Below are positions 20,844 to 30,984 of a stretch of 64,000 nucleotides of DNA, piece by piece. The DNA lies in NCBI GenBank assembly GCA_963716395.1, contig OY970309.1, forward strand, positions 2,144,001 to 2,208,000, in the 5' to 3' direction. Below the pieces are notes generated by a model. It saw only the letters and a program-made list of their open reading frames with translations, had not been told where the DNA came from and ran no database searches. Position 1 is the stretch's first letter, and every line of letters begins with the position of its first letter. The DNA is from an uncultured Fibrobacteria bacterium. GTDB taxonomy: Bacteria > Fibrobacterota > Fibrobacteria > UBA11236. The position numbers were made by a program, and so were the translations under genes.

Positions 20844-21614
20844 TCAATAGCGCGTGACTTGCTGGGTCAAACCGCCGTCGACGTAATAGGTGCAACCCGT
20901 GACGTAGTCGGATTCGCCGCCAGCCAGGAACACCGCCACCGAGGCCACTTCTTCGGGCCGGCCGAAGCGGCCCCAAGGGATTTCGCTGATGGCGTCGGCG
21001 CGCGCCTGAGGATCGTTCAGCACGGCCTGGTTGATGGGCGTGGCAATGGCGCCGGGCGCGATGTTGTTCACGTTGATTTTATGCGCCGCCAATTCCATGG
21101 CCAAATTGCGCATCAGCATGCGCATGCCGCCTTTCGAGGCGCAGTACGCGCTATAGCCCGGAAAGGGAATGTCTTCATGCACCGAGGAAATATTCACCAG
21201 TTTTCCGCCTTGGCCCTGCTTGACCATTTGCCGCGCCACGACCTGGCTGATGAGAAAAGACCCGTACAAATTCACGTGGATCACCTTGCTCCACTCGTCG
21301 TCGGTGACATCGAGAAACGGTTTTTTGATTTCGATGCCGGCGTTGTTCACGGCGATGTCGATGCGGCCGAGTTGGGCCACCACGGTCTGGATCATGGCTT
21401 CGACCTCGGTGCGATTGCTCACGTCAGCCGGAACCGCGATGGCCTTGTGGCCGAATTTTTGGGCTTCGGCAAAGGCTTCTTCGAAGGCCTGCGGTTCGCC
21501 GGGGCGGAAATTCACGGCCACGTGCGCGCCTTCGGTGGCGAAGCGGTGGGCGATGGCCTTGCCGATGCCGCTGGTGGCGCCGGTGATGAGGGCGACTTTG
21601 TCTTTCAAACGCAT
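20844..21614 (-). CDS. SDR oxidoreductase, glucose 1-dehydrogenase-like
   Basis: TGATSGIG, NNAG, SSVHE.IP, YCASK, PGAIATPIN, VDGG. Confidence 0.9.
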   Translation of the reverse strand: MRLKDKVALITGATSGIGKAIAHRFATEGAHVAVNFRPGEPQAFEEAFAEAQKFGHKAIAVPADVSNRTEVEAMIQTVVAQLGRIDIAVNNAGIEIKKPFLDVTDDEWSKVIHVNLYGSFLISQVVARQMVKQGQGGKLVNISSVHEDIPFPGYSAYCASKGGMRMLMRNLAMELAAHKINVNNIAPGAIATPINQAVLNDPQARADAISEIPWGRFGRPEEVASVAVFLAGGESDYVTGCTYYVDGGLTQQVTRY

Positions 21615-21717
21615 GGAATCCTCGGGGCGGGCGGTGAAAACGGAAAATAGTTAGGACTGCAAACTACACGAAAGCGGCGACTGTGGCCATGGCTACGCAG
21701 ACCGGCGGCCGGTGAAA

Positions 21718-21741
21718 TTTGTTCGCACCGGTGCGAACAAA
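21718..21741. promoter_or_regulatory. Perfect 24-bp palindrome, probable operator
   Basis: TTTGTTCGCACCGGTGCGAACAAA equals its own reverse complement; lies between divergent SDR/GH63 and kinase genes. Confidence 0.6.
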
Positions 21742-21979
21742 CGATAGGGGAATCACAAAAGCGAATCGCCCCCTGCACGCCGGACATCAAAATGCTCAAG
21801 CACCCGTTCGGGTGTGTGGATAATCCCGGCGCCAAGGGATTGGGTTTTTTCCGGTCCCGTGCAATAATGTCACACGTAGGATCTGGGAACTTTTCACCCG
21901 GTTTGGATTTGCATGCATCCGAAATTCGTGACCAAGCCTTTTGATACCGATGCTTGGGCCCAAGGGAAAACGGGAACCG

Positions 21980-23686
21980 ATGTCTGAAATCATCCGCATT
22001 CTGCATCTCGAGGACGATGCGCGCGACGCGGAACTGGCGTCCATGGCCCTGCAGTCGGAAAACCTCCGGGCCGAAATCGAGGTGGTGGATAGCGGCCAGG
22101 CTTTTTTGCATGCCTTGCGGGCGGGCGGCCATGATGTCATTCTCGCCGACTACCAGTTGCCCGACTATGACGGCGCGCGCGCGCTTGATGCGGCCAAAGA
22201 TGAATGCCCCGACACCCCCTTCATTTTCGTGTCGGGAAAAATGGGTGAGGCCCTGGCCGTCGAGTCGCTGCAACAGGGCGCGGCCGATTACGTCTTGAAA
22301 CGGTATTTGATGCGCCTGCCCGGCGCGGTGCAGCGCGCTTTGCGCATCGCCGCGGATCAGCGCGAAAAGAAAGCGGCGGAAAAAAAATTGCGCGCGTCCG
22401 AAGCCAAGCTGCTGGCCTTGATCGACAACTCGCAGGATTCCATCTGGTCGGTCGACGCCCAGTTCCGGCTCGTGACGTTCAACCTGGCCGCGGCCATGCG
22501 TTTTCGCGACACCCTCGGAGTCACCTTGCGTGCGGGCCTGCCCATGCACGAGGTGCTGCCCGCGCAGACGCGCGACTTGTGGCAGCGCTGTTTTAATCGC
22601 GCCATGGCGGGAGAGTCGTTTCAATTGGAAATTCCCTACACCGAAGAAGGGGCGGAACGTCAATCGGAAATGTCGCTCAACCCGATTCGCAACGGCGGCG
22701 AGATCACGGGTGCGGCGGTGTTCAGCCGCGATGTGACCGAACGCAACCGGACGCAATTCGAAATCAAGGCCCAACGCGACAAGCTGGAAAAAATGAACCA
22801 GCGGCTGATTGAACACCAGGCTTTTTTGGTGCAGACCGAAAAGCTGGCGTCGTTGGGCCAGCTTTCCGCGGGCGTGGCCCATGAAATCAACAACCCCATG
22901 TCTTTCGTCACCAGCAATTTGCGCACGCTGGCGGAGTATGTCGAACAATTACAAGCGGCGGCCCGGGCGGCCGCCGCCCTGGTCGGCCGGTTGCCTTCTC
23001 ATCCGGATCCCGCGGTAGAGGCCGAACGGGCGCGGCTGGAAGCGCTGCTGCAAAGCCGCAAACTGCAAAACGCGCTCGCCGACGGTGAAAGTCTCGTGGC
23101 TGAGTCGCTGGAAGGCGCGCGACGGGTCAATGAAATCGTGCGCAGCCTGAAAAGCGTGGCGCGCGCCGACGACGGCGTGCGGGAGGCGACCGACGTCAAC
23201 GCCTGCTTGGAAGACGCCTTGAAGCTGGCTTGGAACCAAATCAAGCACAAAGGGGAAATCCGCAAGGACCTGGGTGCCTTGCCGCTCATTTCGGCGTATC
23301 CCGGCCCGCTCCAGCAGGTTTTTCTGAACCTCCTCATCAACGCGGCCCAGGCCATTCCCGAAAAGGGGTTTATTGAAATCCGCTCGGCCGTCGCCGACGG
23401 GAAAATCGCCGTCTCCGTCACCGACAGCGGAGTCGGTATTCCCGAAAAAAACCGGTCGCGGTTGTTCACGCCTTTTTTCACTACCAAGCCCACGGGCCAG
23501 GGCACGGGCCTTGGACTTTCCATTTCCTACGGCATCGTACAGAAGCATCACGGTGACATCCAGGTGGCGTCGCAACCGGGAAAAGGCACGACCTTCACCG
23601 TTCTTTTGCCCGTGGATGAAACTGGGCCGGAAGGCCGCGCAACCGAGGAGGGTCGGCATGCCGATTGGCATCCTGTTTCTCGATGA
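21980..23686 (+). CDS. Hybrid REC-PAS-histidine kinase (NtrB-like)
   Basis: LHLEDD..ILADY REC, PAS, EKLASLGQLSAGVAHEINNP H-box, NLLINA, DSGVG, PFFTTK, GTGLGL; no TM segments. Confidence 0.92.
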   Translation: MSEIIRILHLEDDARDAELASMALQSENLRAEIEVVDSGQAFLHALRAGGHDVILADYQLPDYDGARALDAAKDECPDTPFIFVSGKMGEALAVESLQQGAADYVLKRYLMRLPGAVQRALRIAADQREKKAAEKKLRASEAKLLALIDNSQDSIWSVDAQFRLVTFNLAAAMRFRDTLGVTLRAGLPMHEVLPAQTRDLWQRCFNRAMAGESFQLEIPYTEEGAERQSEMSLNPIRNGGEITGAAVFSRDVTERNRTQFEIKAQRDKLEKMNQRLIEHQAFLVQTEKLASLGQLSAGVAHEINNPMSFVTSNLRTLAEYVEQLQAAARAAAALVGRLPSHPDPAVEAERARLEALLQSRKLQNALADGESLVAESLEGARRVNEIVRSLKSVARADDGVREATDVNACLEDALKLAWNQIKHKGEIRKDLGALPLISAYPGPLQQVFLNLLINAAQAIPEKGFIEIRSAVADGKIAVSVTDSGVGIPEKNRSRLFTPFFTTKPTGQGTGLGLSISYGIVQKHHGDIQVASQPGKGTTFTVLLPVDETGPEGRATEEGRHADWHPVSR

Positions 23687-24959
23687 CGAGCAAAACGTGT
23701 TGAACGCCCTGCGGCGCGTGTTCCGCGATGTGGAGGACGTCGAATTCTTGTTCACCACTTCTCCGGACGAGGCGCTGACCTTCGCGGTCCGGCCCGATAC
23801 CGCCGTGGTGTTTTCGGATCAACGCATGCCGTCCATGGACGGCGTCGCCTTTTTGGAACGGGTCAAAGAGGTCGCGCCCGAAGCCATCCGCATTCTGCTC
23901 ACCGGCCACGGCGACATGAAGATGGCCCAGGAGGCCATCAACCGCGGTGCGGTGTACCGCTTTCTCAGCAAACCCTGGGACGACGAAGAGTTGCGGCATA
24001 TCCTGGGACAGGCGCGCGAACGCTATGAGTTGGCGGCGGAAAACCGCCGCCTGCAGGAGGTGACCCGGACGCAGAACCAGGAGTTGAAAAAACTGAACGA
24101 AGGCCTGGAGCAGCGCGTGCGCCAGCGCACGCGGGAGATTCAGCAATTGAACGGCGAGTTGGAGAAAAGTCTGCTGGGCGCGGTGCGGGTGGCCGCCAGC
24201 CTGATCGAAGTGCACAACCAGGTGATCGGCAGCCATTCCCGCCGTGTGGCGGCGCTGGCCAAAGGCATGGCCCGCAAGCTGCGCCTGGCCGAAGGTGAAA
24301 TTCTGCAGGTGGAGGTGGCGGGCCTGTTGCATGACATCGGCGAAACCGTACTCCCGGCGGAGATTCTGAACAAGGAGGAACATGCGCTCACGGCCGACGA
24401 ACGGGAGCGCCTGCGGCGCCACCCGCTGCTCGGGGCGACCATCGTGCACATGGTTCCCAACATGGAGCGCGCCGCCCGCATGGTGCGGCATCACCACGAG
24501 CGGTTCTACGGAGGCGGCTTTCCCGATCGGCTCAAGGGCGATGACATTCCGCTGGGGGCGCGCATTTTGGCGGTGGCCGACGCCTATGACGAATGCCTCA
24601 ACACGCGCGCCGCTTTCCGGCAGGCTTCGCCCGCCAAGGTGCTGGAGCAACTGCGCAAGCGCTGTCCGACCGAGTTCGATCCCGAGGTGGTGGAGGCGCT
24701 CGAACAGTCCGTGCGCGACGGCGATCGCTTTCGCGAAGACACCGAAGAGGTGGAAGTGCGCGTGCAGGATTTGCGGGCCGGCATGCGGGTGTCGCGCGAC
24801 ATCCGCGATTTGCGCGGCAACCTGTTGGTGTCGGCCTGCTCCACCCTGACCGAAGAGTTGCTCAAAACCCTGCAAGACTATCCCGAAACCTCGCGTTGCT
24901 TCGAGGGAATTTTCATCTACCGCAAGGATCCTTTTGCGCAGCCGCTGGCCGTCCCGTGA
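23658..24959 (+). CDS. REC-HD-GYP phosphodiesterase response regulator
   Basis: FLDDE..SDQRMP..KPW REC; HSRRV, HDIG, HHER, GGGFP, ARILAVADAYD. Confidence 0.9.
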   Translation: MPIGILFLDDEQNVLNALRRVFRDVEDVEFLFTTSPDEALTFAVRPDTAVVFSDQRMPSMDGVAFLERVKEVAPEAIRILLTGHGDMKMAQEAINRGAVYRFLSKPWDDEELRHILGQARERYELAAENRRLQEVTRTQNQELKKLNEGLEQRVRQRTREIQQLNGELEKSLLGAVRVAASLIEVHNQVIGSHSRRVAALAKGMARKLRLAEGEILQVEVAGLLHDIGETVLPAEILNKEEHALTADERERLRRHPLLGATIVHMVPNMERAARMVRHHHERFYGGGFPDRLKGDDIPLGARILAVADAYDECLNTRAAFRQASPAKVLEQLRKRCPTEFDPEVVEALEQSVRDGDRFREDTEEVEVRVQDLRAGMRVSRDIRDLRGNLLVSACSTLTEELLKTLQDYPETSRCFEGIFIYRKDPFAQPLAVP

Positions 24960-24975
24960 ACGCCGGGAAATTCTG

Positions 24976-27093
24976 ATGTCCGAAACACCTCCGACCCTGC
25001 GCCTCCTGCATCTTGAAGACGACGCAGCCGACGCCGAATACTTTGCGCATCTTTTGCGCGCAGGCGGGCTTGCCTGCGAGATCACCTCCGTGGCCACCCA
25101 ACCCGAGTTTGAGCAGGCACTGCGAAGCGCCCCGGCCGACCTCATCCTGTGCGACAACAGCCTTCCCGGCTATAGCGGCGAAGAGGCGCTGGTGTTGGCG
25201 CACCGGCTGCGGCCCGAGGTGCCCTTCATTTTCCTTTCGGGTTCCATCGGCGAAGAGGCGGCCATCGAGACCCTCAAGAACGGCGCCACCGATTACGTGC
25301 TCAAATCGCGCACTTCGCGGTTGATCCCGGCGGTGACGCGCGCCTTGCGCGAGCGCCGCGATCGCGAAGAACGCCTGCGCGCCGAAGCGGCACTGCGCCA
25401 CAGCGAAGAGCGTTACGCGCTGGCGGCGCGCGGCGCCAACGACGGATTGTGGGACTACGACCTCCGCGCCGGCAAAGTGTTCTTCTCGCCGCGCTGGAAA
25501 AGCATGCTGGGATACGCCGAAGACGAAGTCGGTTCGGACCCCAAGGAATGGTTCGAGCGCATCCACCCCGAAGACGCCGAAATGGTCAATTTGCAATGGG
25601 ACCGGCATCTCGCCGGCAAAACCGCCCAATGGCAATGCGAACACCGGTTGCGCGCCAAGAGCGGAAGCTATTTGTGGGTGCTGGGCCGGGGCATGGCCAT
25701 TCGCGCCGTGACGGGCGAACCCACCCGTGTCGCCGGTTCGATCAGCGACATCGGCGACCGCAAGCGGGCCGAAGAACAGTTGTTGTACGATGCCTTTCAC
25801 GACGCGGTCACCGGCCTGTTCAACCGCAATCTCTTTCTCAACCGGCTGCAGCGTCTGTTATGGGTGGGCAAACGCCGGGGCGTGCCGCGCTTCTCCGTGC
25901 TGCTGCTGGGATTGGATCGCTTTGACGCCGTCCACGACGGGCTGGGTCGCCAGGCCGCCGACCAGATGTTGATCGAAACCGCGCGCCGCATCGAACGCAA
26001 GATGCGCCCGGGCGACACCTTGGCCCGCATCGGCCACGATGTTTTTGCGGTCTTGATGGAGGAGAACGCGGTGCCCGGCGAAGTGGTGCACCTCATCCAG
26101 AACATCCGCGGCTTATTCCAGGAGGCGTTGCGTCCCGAAGGCCGCGAAGTCTTTGTGACCCTCAGCGCCGGGGTCGTGCACGACGTCGACCGCCAGGCGT
26201 CGGCCGAAGAGATTCTGCGCGACGGCGGCCTGGCGCTCGGCAAAGCCAAGGCCAGGAAGGCTTCGGGCTTTGCGGTGTTCAACGAAGAGATGCATGCCCA
26301 GGCGTTGGCGTTGCTCGATTTGGAAACCGATTTGCGCCATGCGCTGGAGCGCCATGAATTCCGGGTGCATTACCAGCCCGTCATTTCGCTGGCCTCGGGA
26401 ACGCTGTCGGGCTTCGAAGCCCTGGTGCGCTGGCAGCACCCGCAGCGCGGCCTGGTGCCCCCCATGGAGTTCATCCCCTTCGCCGAGCAAAGCCATTTCA
26501 TCAATGCCATCGGCAAAACCGTGCTCGATTCGGCCTGTGCGCAACTGCGCGCCTGGCAGGATTCCCATCCGGGCCGGGAAGATTTGACCGTCAGCGTCAA
26601 CGTATCGGGCAAGCAATTTCGCCAACCGGATTTGTTCCGGCAAATCGTGACCGTGCTGGAAGAAACCGGGTTAAATCCGAAATGTCTGAAGCTCGAAATC
26701 ACCGAAACCGCCATCATGGAAGATCCGGAAGCCGCGGCCAGGCTGCTCATCGAACTCCGGAATGCGGGCATCGGGCTGCAAATCGACGACTTCGGAACCG
26801 GTTATTCGTCGCTGGGTTATTTGCACAGGTTTCCCACCCAGGCGCTCAAGATCGATCAGTCTTTCGTTTCCAAAATCGGCCGGCAGGGCGAAAACGCCGA
26901 AATCGCCGCCACCATCATTTCCATCGCCCATCATCTGGGCATGCAGGTGATCGCCGAAGGTATCGAGGCGCCTTACCATTTGCGCGCGCTCAAGAATATC
27001 GGCTGCGAATACGGCCAGGGGTTTTTGTTCTCCCGGCCGGTGGAAACCGATCAGGCCGAAAAGTTGATCGCCGCGCAACCGTTCGCGGTTTGA
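24976..27093 (+). CDS. REC-PAS-GGDEF(degenerate)-EAL c-di-GMP phosphodiesterase
   Basis: GGDEF position reads GHDVF; EAL domain intact (FEALVRW, VNVS, LEITE, IDDFGTGYSSL, LKID, AEGIE). Confidence 0.92.
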   Translation: MSETPPTLRLLHLEDDAADAEYFAHLLRAGGLACEITSVATQPEFEQALRSAPADLILCDNSLPGYSGEEALVLAHRLRPEVPFIFLSGSIGEEAAIETLKNGATDYVLKSRTSRLIPAVTRALRERRDREERLRAEAALRHSEERYALAARGANDGLWDYDLRAGKVFFSPRWKSMLGYAEDEVGSDPKEWFERIHPEDAEMVNLQWDRHLAGKTAQWQCEHRLRAKSGSYLWVLGRGMAIRAVTGEPTRVAGSISDIGDRKRAEEQLLYDAFHDAVTGLFNRNLFLNRLQRLLWVGKRRGVPRFSVLLLGLDRFDAVHDGLGRQAADQMLIETARRIERKMRPGDTLARIGHDVFAVLMEENAVPGEVVHLIQNIRGLFQEALRPEGREVFVTLSAGVVHDVDRQASAEEILRDGGLALGKAKARKASGFAVFNEEMHAQALALLDLETDLRHALERHEFRVHYQPVISLASGTLSGFEALVRWQHPQRGLVPPMEFIPFAEQSHFINAIGKTVLDSACAQLRAWQDSHPGREDLTVSVNVSGKQFRQPDLFRQIVTVLEETGLNPKCLKLEITETAIMEDPEAAARLLIELRNAGIGLQIDDFGTGYSSLGYLHRFPTQALKIDQSFVSKIGRQGENAEIAATIISIAHHLGMQVIAEGIEAPYHLRALKNIGCEYGQGFLFSRPVETDQAEKLIAAQPFAV

Positions 27094-27281
27094 CGCATCC
27101 CGGCCGCGTTTCGCCCGAGGTTCGGTTTGGATGGGGGCGGAACGGGCGAGGCCTGCGCCTGGTTCCTTGCCGAGGGATGTTGAAGAGGATCCGCCGGCTT
27201 CTTTTCGGCCGGTGAGCCTGTCGAACCGGCCGAGGGTCGAATAAGTTTTGGCGAAATTCGAGCTTCGCCCGAGCCTGGATT

Positions 27282-27308
27282 TAAGCCCAAGGCTGTCGAC
27301 GCCGATAA
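27282..27308 (+). promoter_or_regulatory. Sigma28 (FliA) promoter
   Basis: TAAG-N15-GCCGATAA, 46 bp upstream of the flagellin-like ATG. Confidence 0.85.
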
Positions 27309-27354
27309 GAGAATAGGGGCCGCTCCGTCCGGTCCCGATGCGGGGAGAATCGCC

Positions 27355-28182
27355 ATGCTCATCGGCAGCGCCACATCAACCGATCTCTATCAGAATTACG
27401 CGGCGACCCAAAAACGCCAATCCGGCCTGCTGGAAAAGCTCGCCACCGGAAACCAGTTGAACCGGGCGTCCGACGGAGCGGCCAACATGGCCATTTACGA
27501 AGCCGCGGATCAATTCGTAAACGGCTATCTCACGGCTTCGCAGAATGTTTCCGACGGATCGAGCGCGGTGCAAATCGCCGACGGCGGGAGTTCGACGATC
27601 CTGGACATTCTCCAGCAGCAAAATACGCTGGCCAATCAGGCTTCCAACGGCCTGCTGACGACCGATCAACGTCAATCGTTGAACCAGGAATACCAATCGC
27701 TTTCGCAGCAAATCGATCAGATTTCCAACGCGACGAATTTCAACGGGCTGCCGCTCTTGAACGGCCAGGGACCATTGGCCGACGGCACCGGGCAGGTGCA
27801 ATCCGGGGGCAATGCGGGTCAAACCGAACCGCTGCCCGGGAGTAACCTGACGGTTTCGGCCCTCGGTTTGGCGGGAACCGGCATCGATACCGCCGAAGGC
27901 GCCAATCAAGCGCTGTCGGCCGTGACCCAGGCCATGCAAACGGTGTCGACCGCCCAGGCCGGGCAGGGTGCCGCGGAAAACCGGTTCGACATCGTTCAGC
28001 AGAACGATCAGACCCAGATCGTCAACGGCACCCAGTCTCTGTCTGCGGTGATGGACACCAACTACGCCAGCACCCTGACCGATCAGGTGAGCGCGAGCAT
28101 TCTCTCCCATGCGCAAACCGCGGCCATCGGGCAATTCGACAATCTCACCAGCGCCAATGTTATGGCGCTGATCGGCAGTTAA
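27355..28182 (+). CDS. Short divergent flagellin-family protein
   Basis: LEKLATGNQLNRASD, NVSDGSSAVQIADG, IDQISNATNFNGLPLL, GQGAAENRF, MDTNYA; sigma28 promoter. Confidence 0.85.
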   Translation: MLIGSATSTDLYQNYAATQKRQSGLLEKLATGNQLNRASDGAANMAIYEAADQFVNGYLTASQNVSDGSSAVQIADGGSSTILDILQQQNTLANQASNGLLTTDQRQSLNQEYQSLSQQIDQISNATNFNGLPLLNGQGPLADGTGQVQSGGNAGQTEPLPGSNLTVSALGLAGTGIDTAEGANQALSAVTQAMQTVSTAQAGQGAAENRFDIVQQNDQTQIVNGTQSLSAVMDTNYASTLTDQVSASILSHAQTAAIGQFDNLTSANVMALIGS

Positions 28183-28204
28183 AATCGGCGGTTTTTCGGC
28201 GCGC

Positions 28205-29719
28205 TTAAAGCGCCTGCATCCGGCGGTTGAAACGCCGGTACCAATTTCGCTGCACCCACAACACGGGCAGAAAACCCAACAGGCAGGCGACGCGCAGGCC
28301 CCAGGGCGCGTGCAGGCGAATGGCTCCGCCCGCGATCAACCCGAGCCAGAGGCCTTCGGCGATGATGGCCAGCCAATATTCCCGCAGAAACAATCCGGTG
28401 CGGTAATACCCCATCAGGTAAATCAGATATGCCAGACCCGAGACCGCATTCGCCAAACCCAAGGCCACGGCGGCGCCGGCCGTATCCCAACGGGGAATCA
28501 GGACGTAGTTCAGCCCCACGTTGGCGACGAAAAAAAGCACCTGTACCAGCGGGAAAACCGTGGTGCGCCCCAAGCCCAGAGCCAGAATGCCGACAAAATC
28601 ACACCAGGTGTTGGCGTAAACGAAAAAGGCGGTGAGCACCAAGGTCCAATAGCCAGCGGCGTACTGCGCATTGATGGCGCGCAAGCCTTCGACGCCGAAG
28701 AGAACAAGCAGCGCCAAGGCCGCGCCCTGAATACTCGTCACCAGCCAATTCGAGTAGTTGAAATAGTGTTTCACCTTCAGGGTGAGGCGCCCGGCGGCCG
28801 AGGTCGCCGAAGTGGAAAAAGCCGAAAGCAGAATGTTTTCGAACGATTGGCGGATCGAGGTGAGCGATTTTCCGATCATGCTCACGACCGCGTAGATCTC
28901 CACGCTGTGCACATTGGTGAATCCCGCCAGCATGAAAATGTCGGCCCGAACCGCCAGTGCCGAAAAGATGTTCGCGCCGGCCAGCGGTATGGAGTAGCGC
29001 ACCATCCGCCGCGGCGGCGTCGACCAGGAGAGGTCGCGCCAGCGCGGGCGATGCACGCGGAAGAATCCCACCAAGGCCACGGCCGCGCCGGCGGCGTAGC
29101 CGGCCACAAAACAGCGCGGGAGCCGCAGGAGGGTCGGCGCGACGAAGTGTCCGAGGATGGCCAGGGTGAACACAACCAACGGCACCACGATGCCGGGCAC
29201 CACAATGCGGTATTTCAGGTTCTGCTTGTTCACGTTGGCCTGGATGCACAATTCCGCAATCACCATCATGGGTACGGCCGACAGGTACAGCAAAAAATCG
29301 CCGCCCGAAATGTCGAATGACGCGAAGTTTTTGCCCAACACCCAATCCGCAAACGGCAGCCAGCCCGCGTAATTGGCCCAGGCGAACAGTCCCAATCCCA
29401 GCGACCCCAAAAGGCACCATGTCAGGCTGCGGAAAAAGGCCTGCACATACAGCGGTTCTTCGACCTGGGAGTAATACCAGATGATGCCCTTGTCCATGCC
29501 CAGCAGGCTGACGCGAAACAGCAAATAGACGAGCGATTCGTAAAACTTGTACCGGCCCCACCGACCGCCGGCGAACAGCCCCGCACACACCAATTCCATC
29601 AGCGGTGCTATGGGTTTGAAGGTATTCTCGAGCAAGGTGAAACCCAGGGCGCGGTTGATGAATTGGTGCGCGGCGTCGGCCGGAGGCGATGTGTCGGGAG
29701 GGAAGGCGGTGGGGGCCAT
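28205..29719 (-). CDS. Polysaccharide flippase (Wzx/MATE-like)
   Basis: About 12-14 hydrophobic segments, LLGMDKGI, YSIPL, RADIFML, LNYVLIPRWDTAGAAVA. Confidence 0.8.
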   Translation of the reverse strand: MAPTAFPPDTSPPADAAHQFINRALGFTLLENTFKPIAPLMELVCAGLFAGGRWGRYKFYESLVYLLFRVSLLGMDKGIIWYYSQVEEPLYVQAFFRSLTWCLLGSLGLGLFAWANYAGWLPFADWVLGKNFASFDISGGDFLLYLSAVPMMVIAELCIQANVNKQNLKYRIVVPGIVVPLVVFTLAILGHFVAPTLLRLPRCFVAGYAAGAAVALVGFFRVHRPRWRDLSWSTPPRRMVRYSIPLAGANIFSALAVRADIFMLAGFTNVHSVEIYAVVSMIGKSLTSIRQSFENILLSAFSTSATSAAGRLTLKVKHYFNYSNWLVTSIQGAALALLVLFGVEGLRAINAQYAAGYWTLVLTAFFVYANTWCDFVGILALGLGRTTVFPLVQVLFFVANVGLNYVLIPRWDTAGAAVALGLANAVSGLAYLIYLMGYYRTGLFLREYWLAIIAEGLWLGLIAGGAIRLHAPWGLRVACLLGFLPVLWVQRNWYRRFNRRMQAL

Positions 29720-29811
29720 CGGCAAAACGCGTCCGGAAGCTCTGGATTGGAAGGAATCTAAGCTATTATTTGCCGCCTTCTTTCCATAGAGGCGCGTGCG
29801 CCTTCCGACTT

Positions 29812-30984
29812 ATGACGCGCATCCCGCCGGTCCTGAACTTCTACTCCTACGATTCCACCGACAACCCGTGGTTGGGAGGCGGTGGCGCCTACCGCGATTT
29901 CGAAGTGTTGAGCCGCCAGCGCGCCCATTGCAGCGCGGTGCGCCTCTTCGTCGGGGCCTATCCCGGCGCCCGGCGCCGGCAATTGCGTGGGGTCGAAATC
30001 ATACCCCTGGGGTTCGGTAAAAATGAAATCGTCTCGAGAATCACGTATGTAATCTTCGCCAACCTGCGCATCCTGCAGCCGGGCCGATGCCTGTTGGGCA
30101 TCAGTTCCTCCATCTACAGCCCCTTGCCGACGGCGGCTTTCCACCGCAGTCACCTGTATGCCGTGCTGCACCATGTCATCGGACGGAACTGGATGAAAAA
30201 GCTCGGGGCGCCGGGCCGGATCGTCTGCGCGCTGGAGGATAGGATGGTCCGCATGCCGCGTTATCTGCTGGTTTCCAACAGCGAACTCGCGCAATCGATT
30301 TCTCTCCGCCACCGCAACGCACATGTCTTTCTGACCGCCAACGGATTCGATCCGGACTTGCTCTCCTTGCCGCGCGAACCCGAAGCCCGTCCGCCTTACG
30401 TCCTCTTTGTCGGCCGCCTCGACCCCAATATGAAAGGGCTTGATCTACTGGTGAACGCCTTCGCCACCCTGGCCGATCGCTATCCCGATTTGCATTTGGT
30501 GCTGGCTGGCCGCGGCGATCCGGCTTCGGAGCGCGCCTTGCAAGCCCTCGCTGAGCAAGGCGGGGTGGCCCGCCGCGTGCGCTTGCAAACCAATATCAGC
30601 GAAGCCGAAAAGCGGAAACTGCTTTCGGGTTGCCTCTTTTTTTGCAGCCCGTCGCGCTTTGAAGGCTGGGGCATCGCGGCCCTCGAAGCCAACGCCGCGG
30701 GCAAACCCGTGGTGGTCTCCAACGCTTCGGGATTCCGCGACAGCATCCGCCATAACGAATCGGGAATCCGGGTCGATCTCGATGCGGGCGAAAGCCTTTC
30801 CCAGGTCATGAGCGAATTGCTGGATCATCCGGAAAGAAGGGCAGAGATGGGCCTGCGGGCGCGCGCGTGGGCCCGGCAATTCAGTTGGGACGACATTGCC
30901 GAAAAGGAATGGCGCTGGCTGTGCGCCCAAGGCCTGGCGCCGGGGGCAGCGGCTACGGCGAGCGACGACGCTGGACCGGAATAA
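29812..30984 (+). CDS. GT4 glycosyltransferase
   Basis: GGGA, NGFD, LFVGRL..KGLD, PSRFEGWGIAALEANAAGKPVV. Confidence 0.9.
   Translation: MTRIPPVLNFYSYDSTDNPWLGGGGAYRDFEVLSRQRAHCSAVRLFVGAYPGARRRQLRGVEIIPLGFGKNEIVSRITYVIFANLRILQPGRCLLGISSSIYSPLPTAAFHRSHLYAVLHHVIGRNWMKKLGAPGRIVCALEDRMVRMPRYLLVSNSELAQSISLRHRNAHVFLTANGFDPDLLSLPREPEARPPYVLFVGRLDPNMKGLDLLVNAFATLADRYPDLHLVLAGRGDPASERALQALAEQGGVARRVRLQTNISEAEKRKLLSGCLFFCSPSRFEGWGIAALEANAAGKPVVVSNASGFRDSIRHNESGIRVDLDAGESLSQVMSELLDHPERRAEMGLRARAWARQFSWDDIAEKEWRWLCAQGLAPGAAATASDDAGPE

Noticed and set aside
21655-21715. Resemblance to a c-di-GMP-I riboswitch (GCAAAC..GAAA..GAC)
   Set aside because: The stem around GAAA does not pair and the GCAAAGC/receptor elements are missing.
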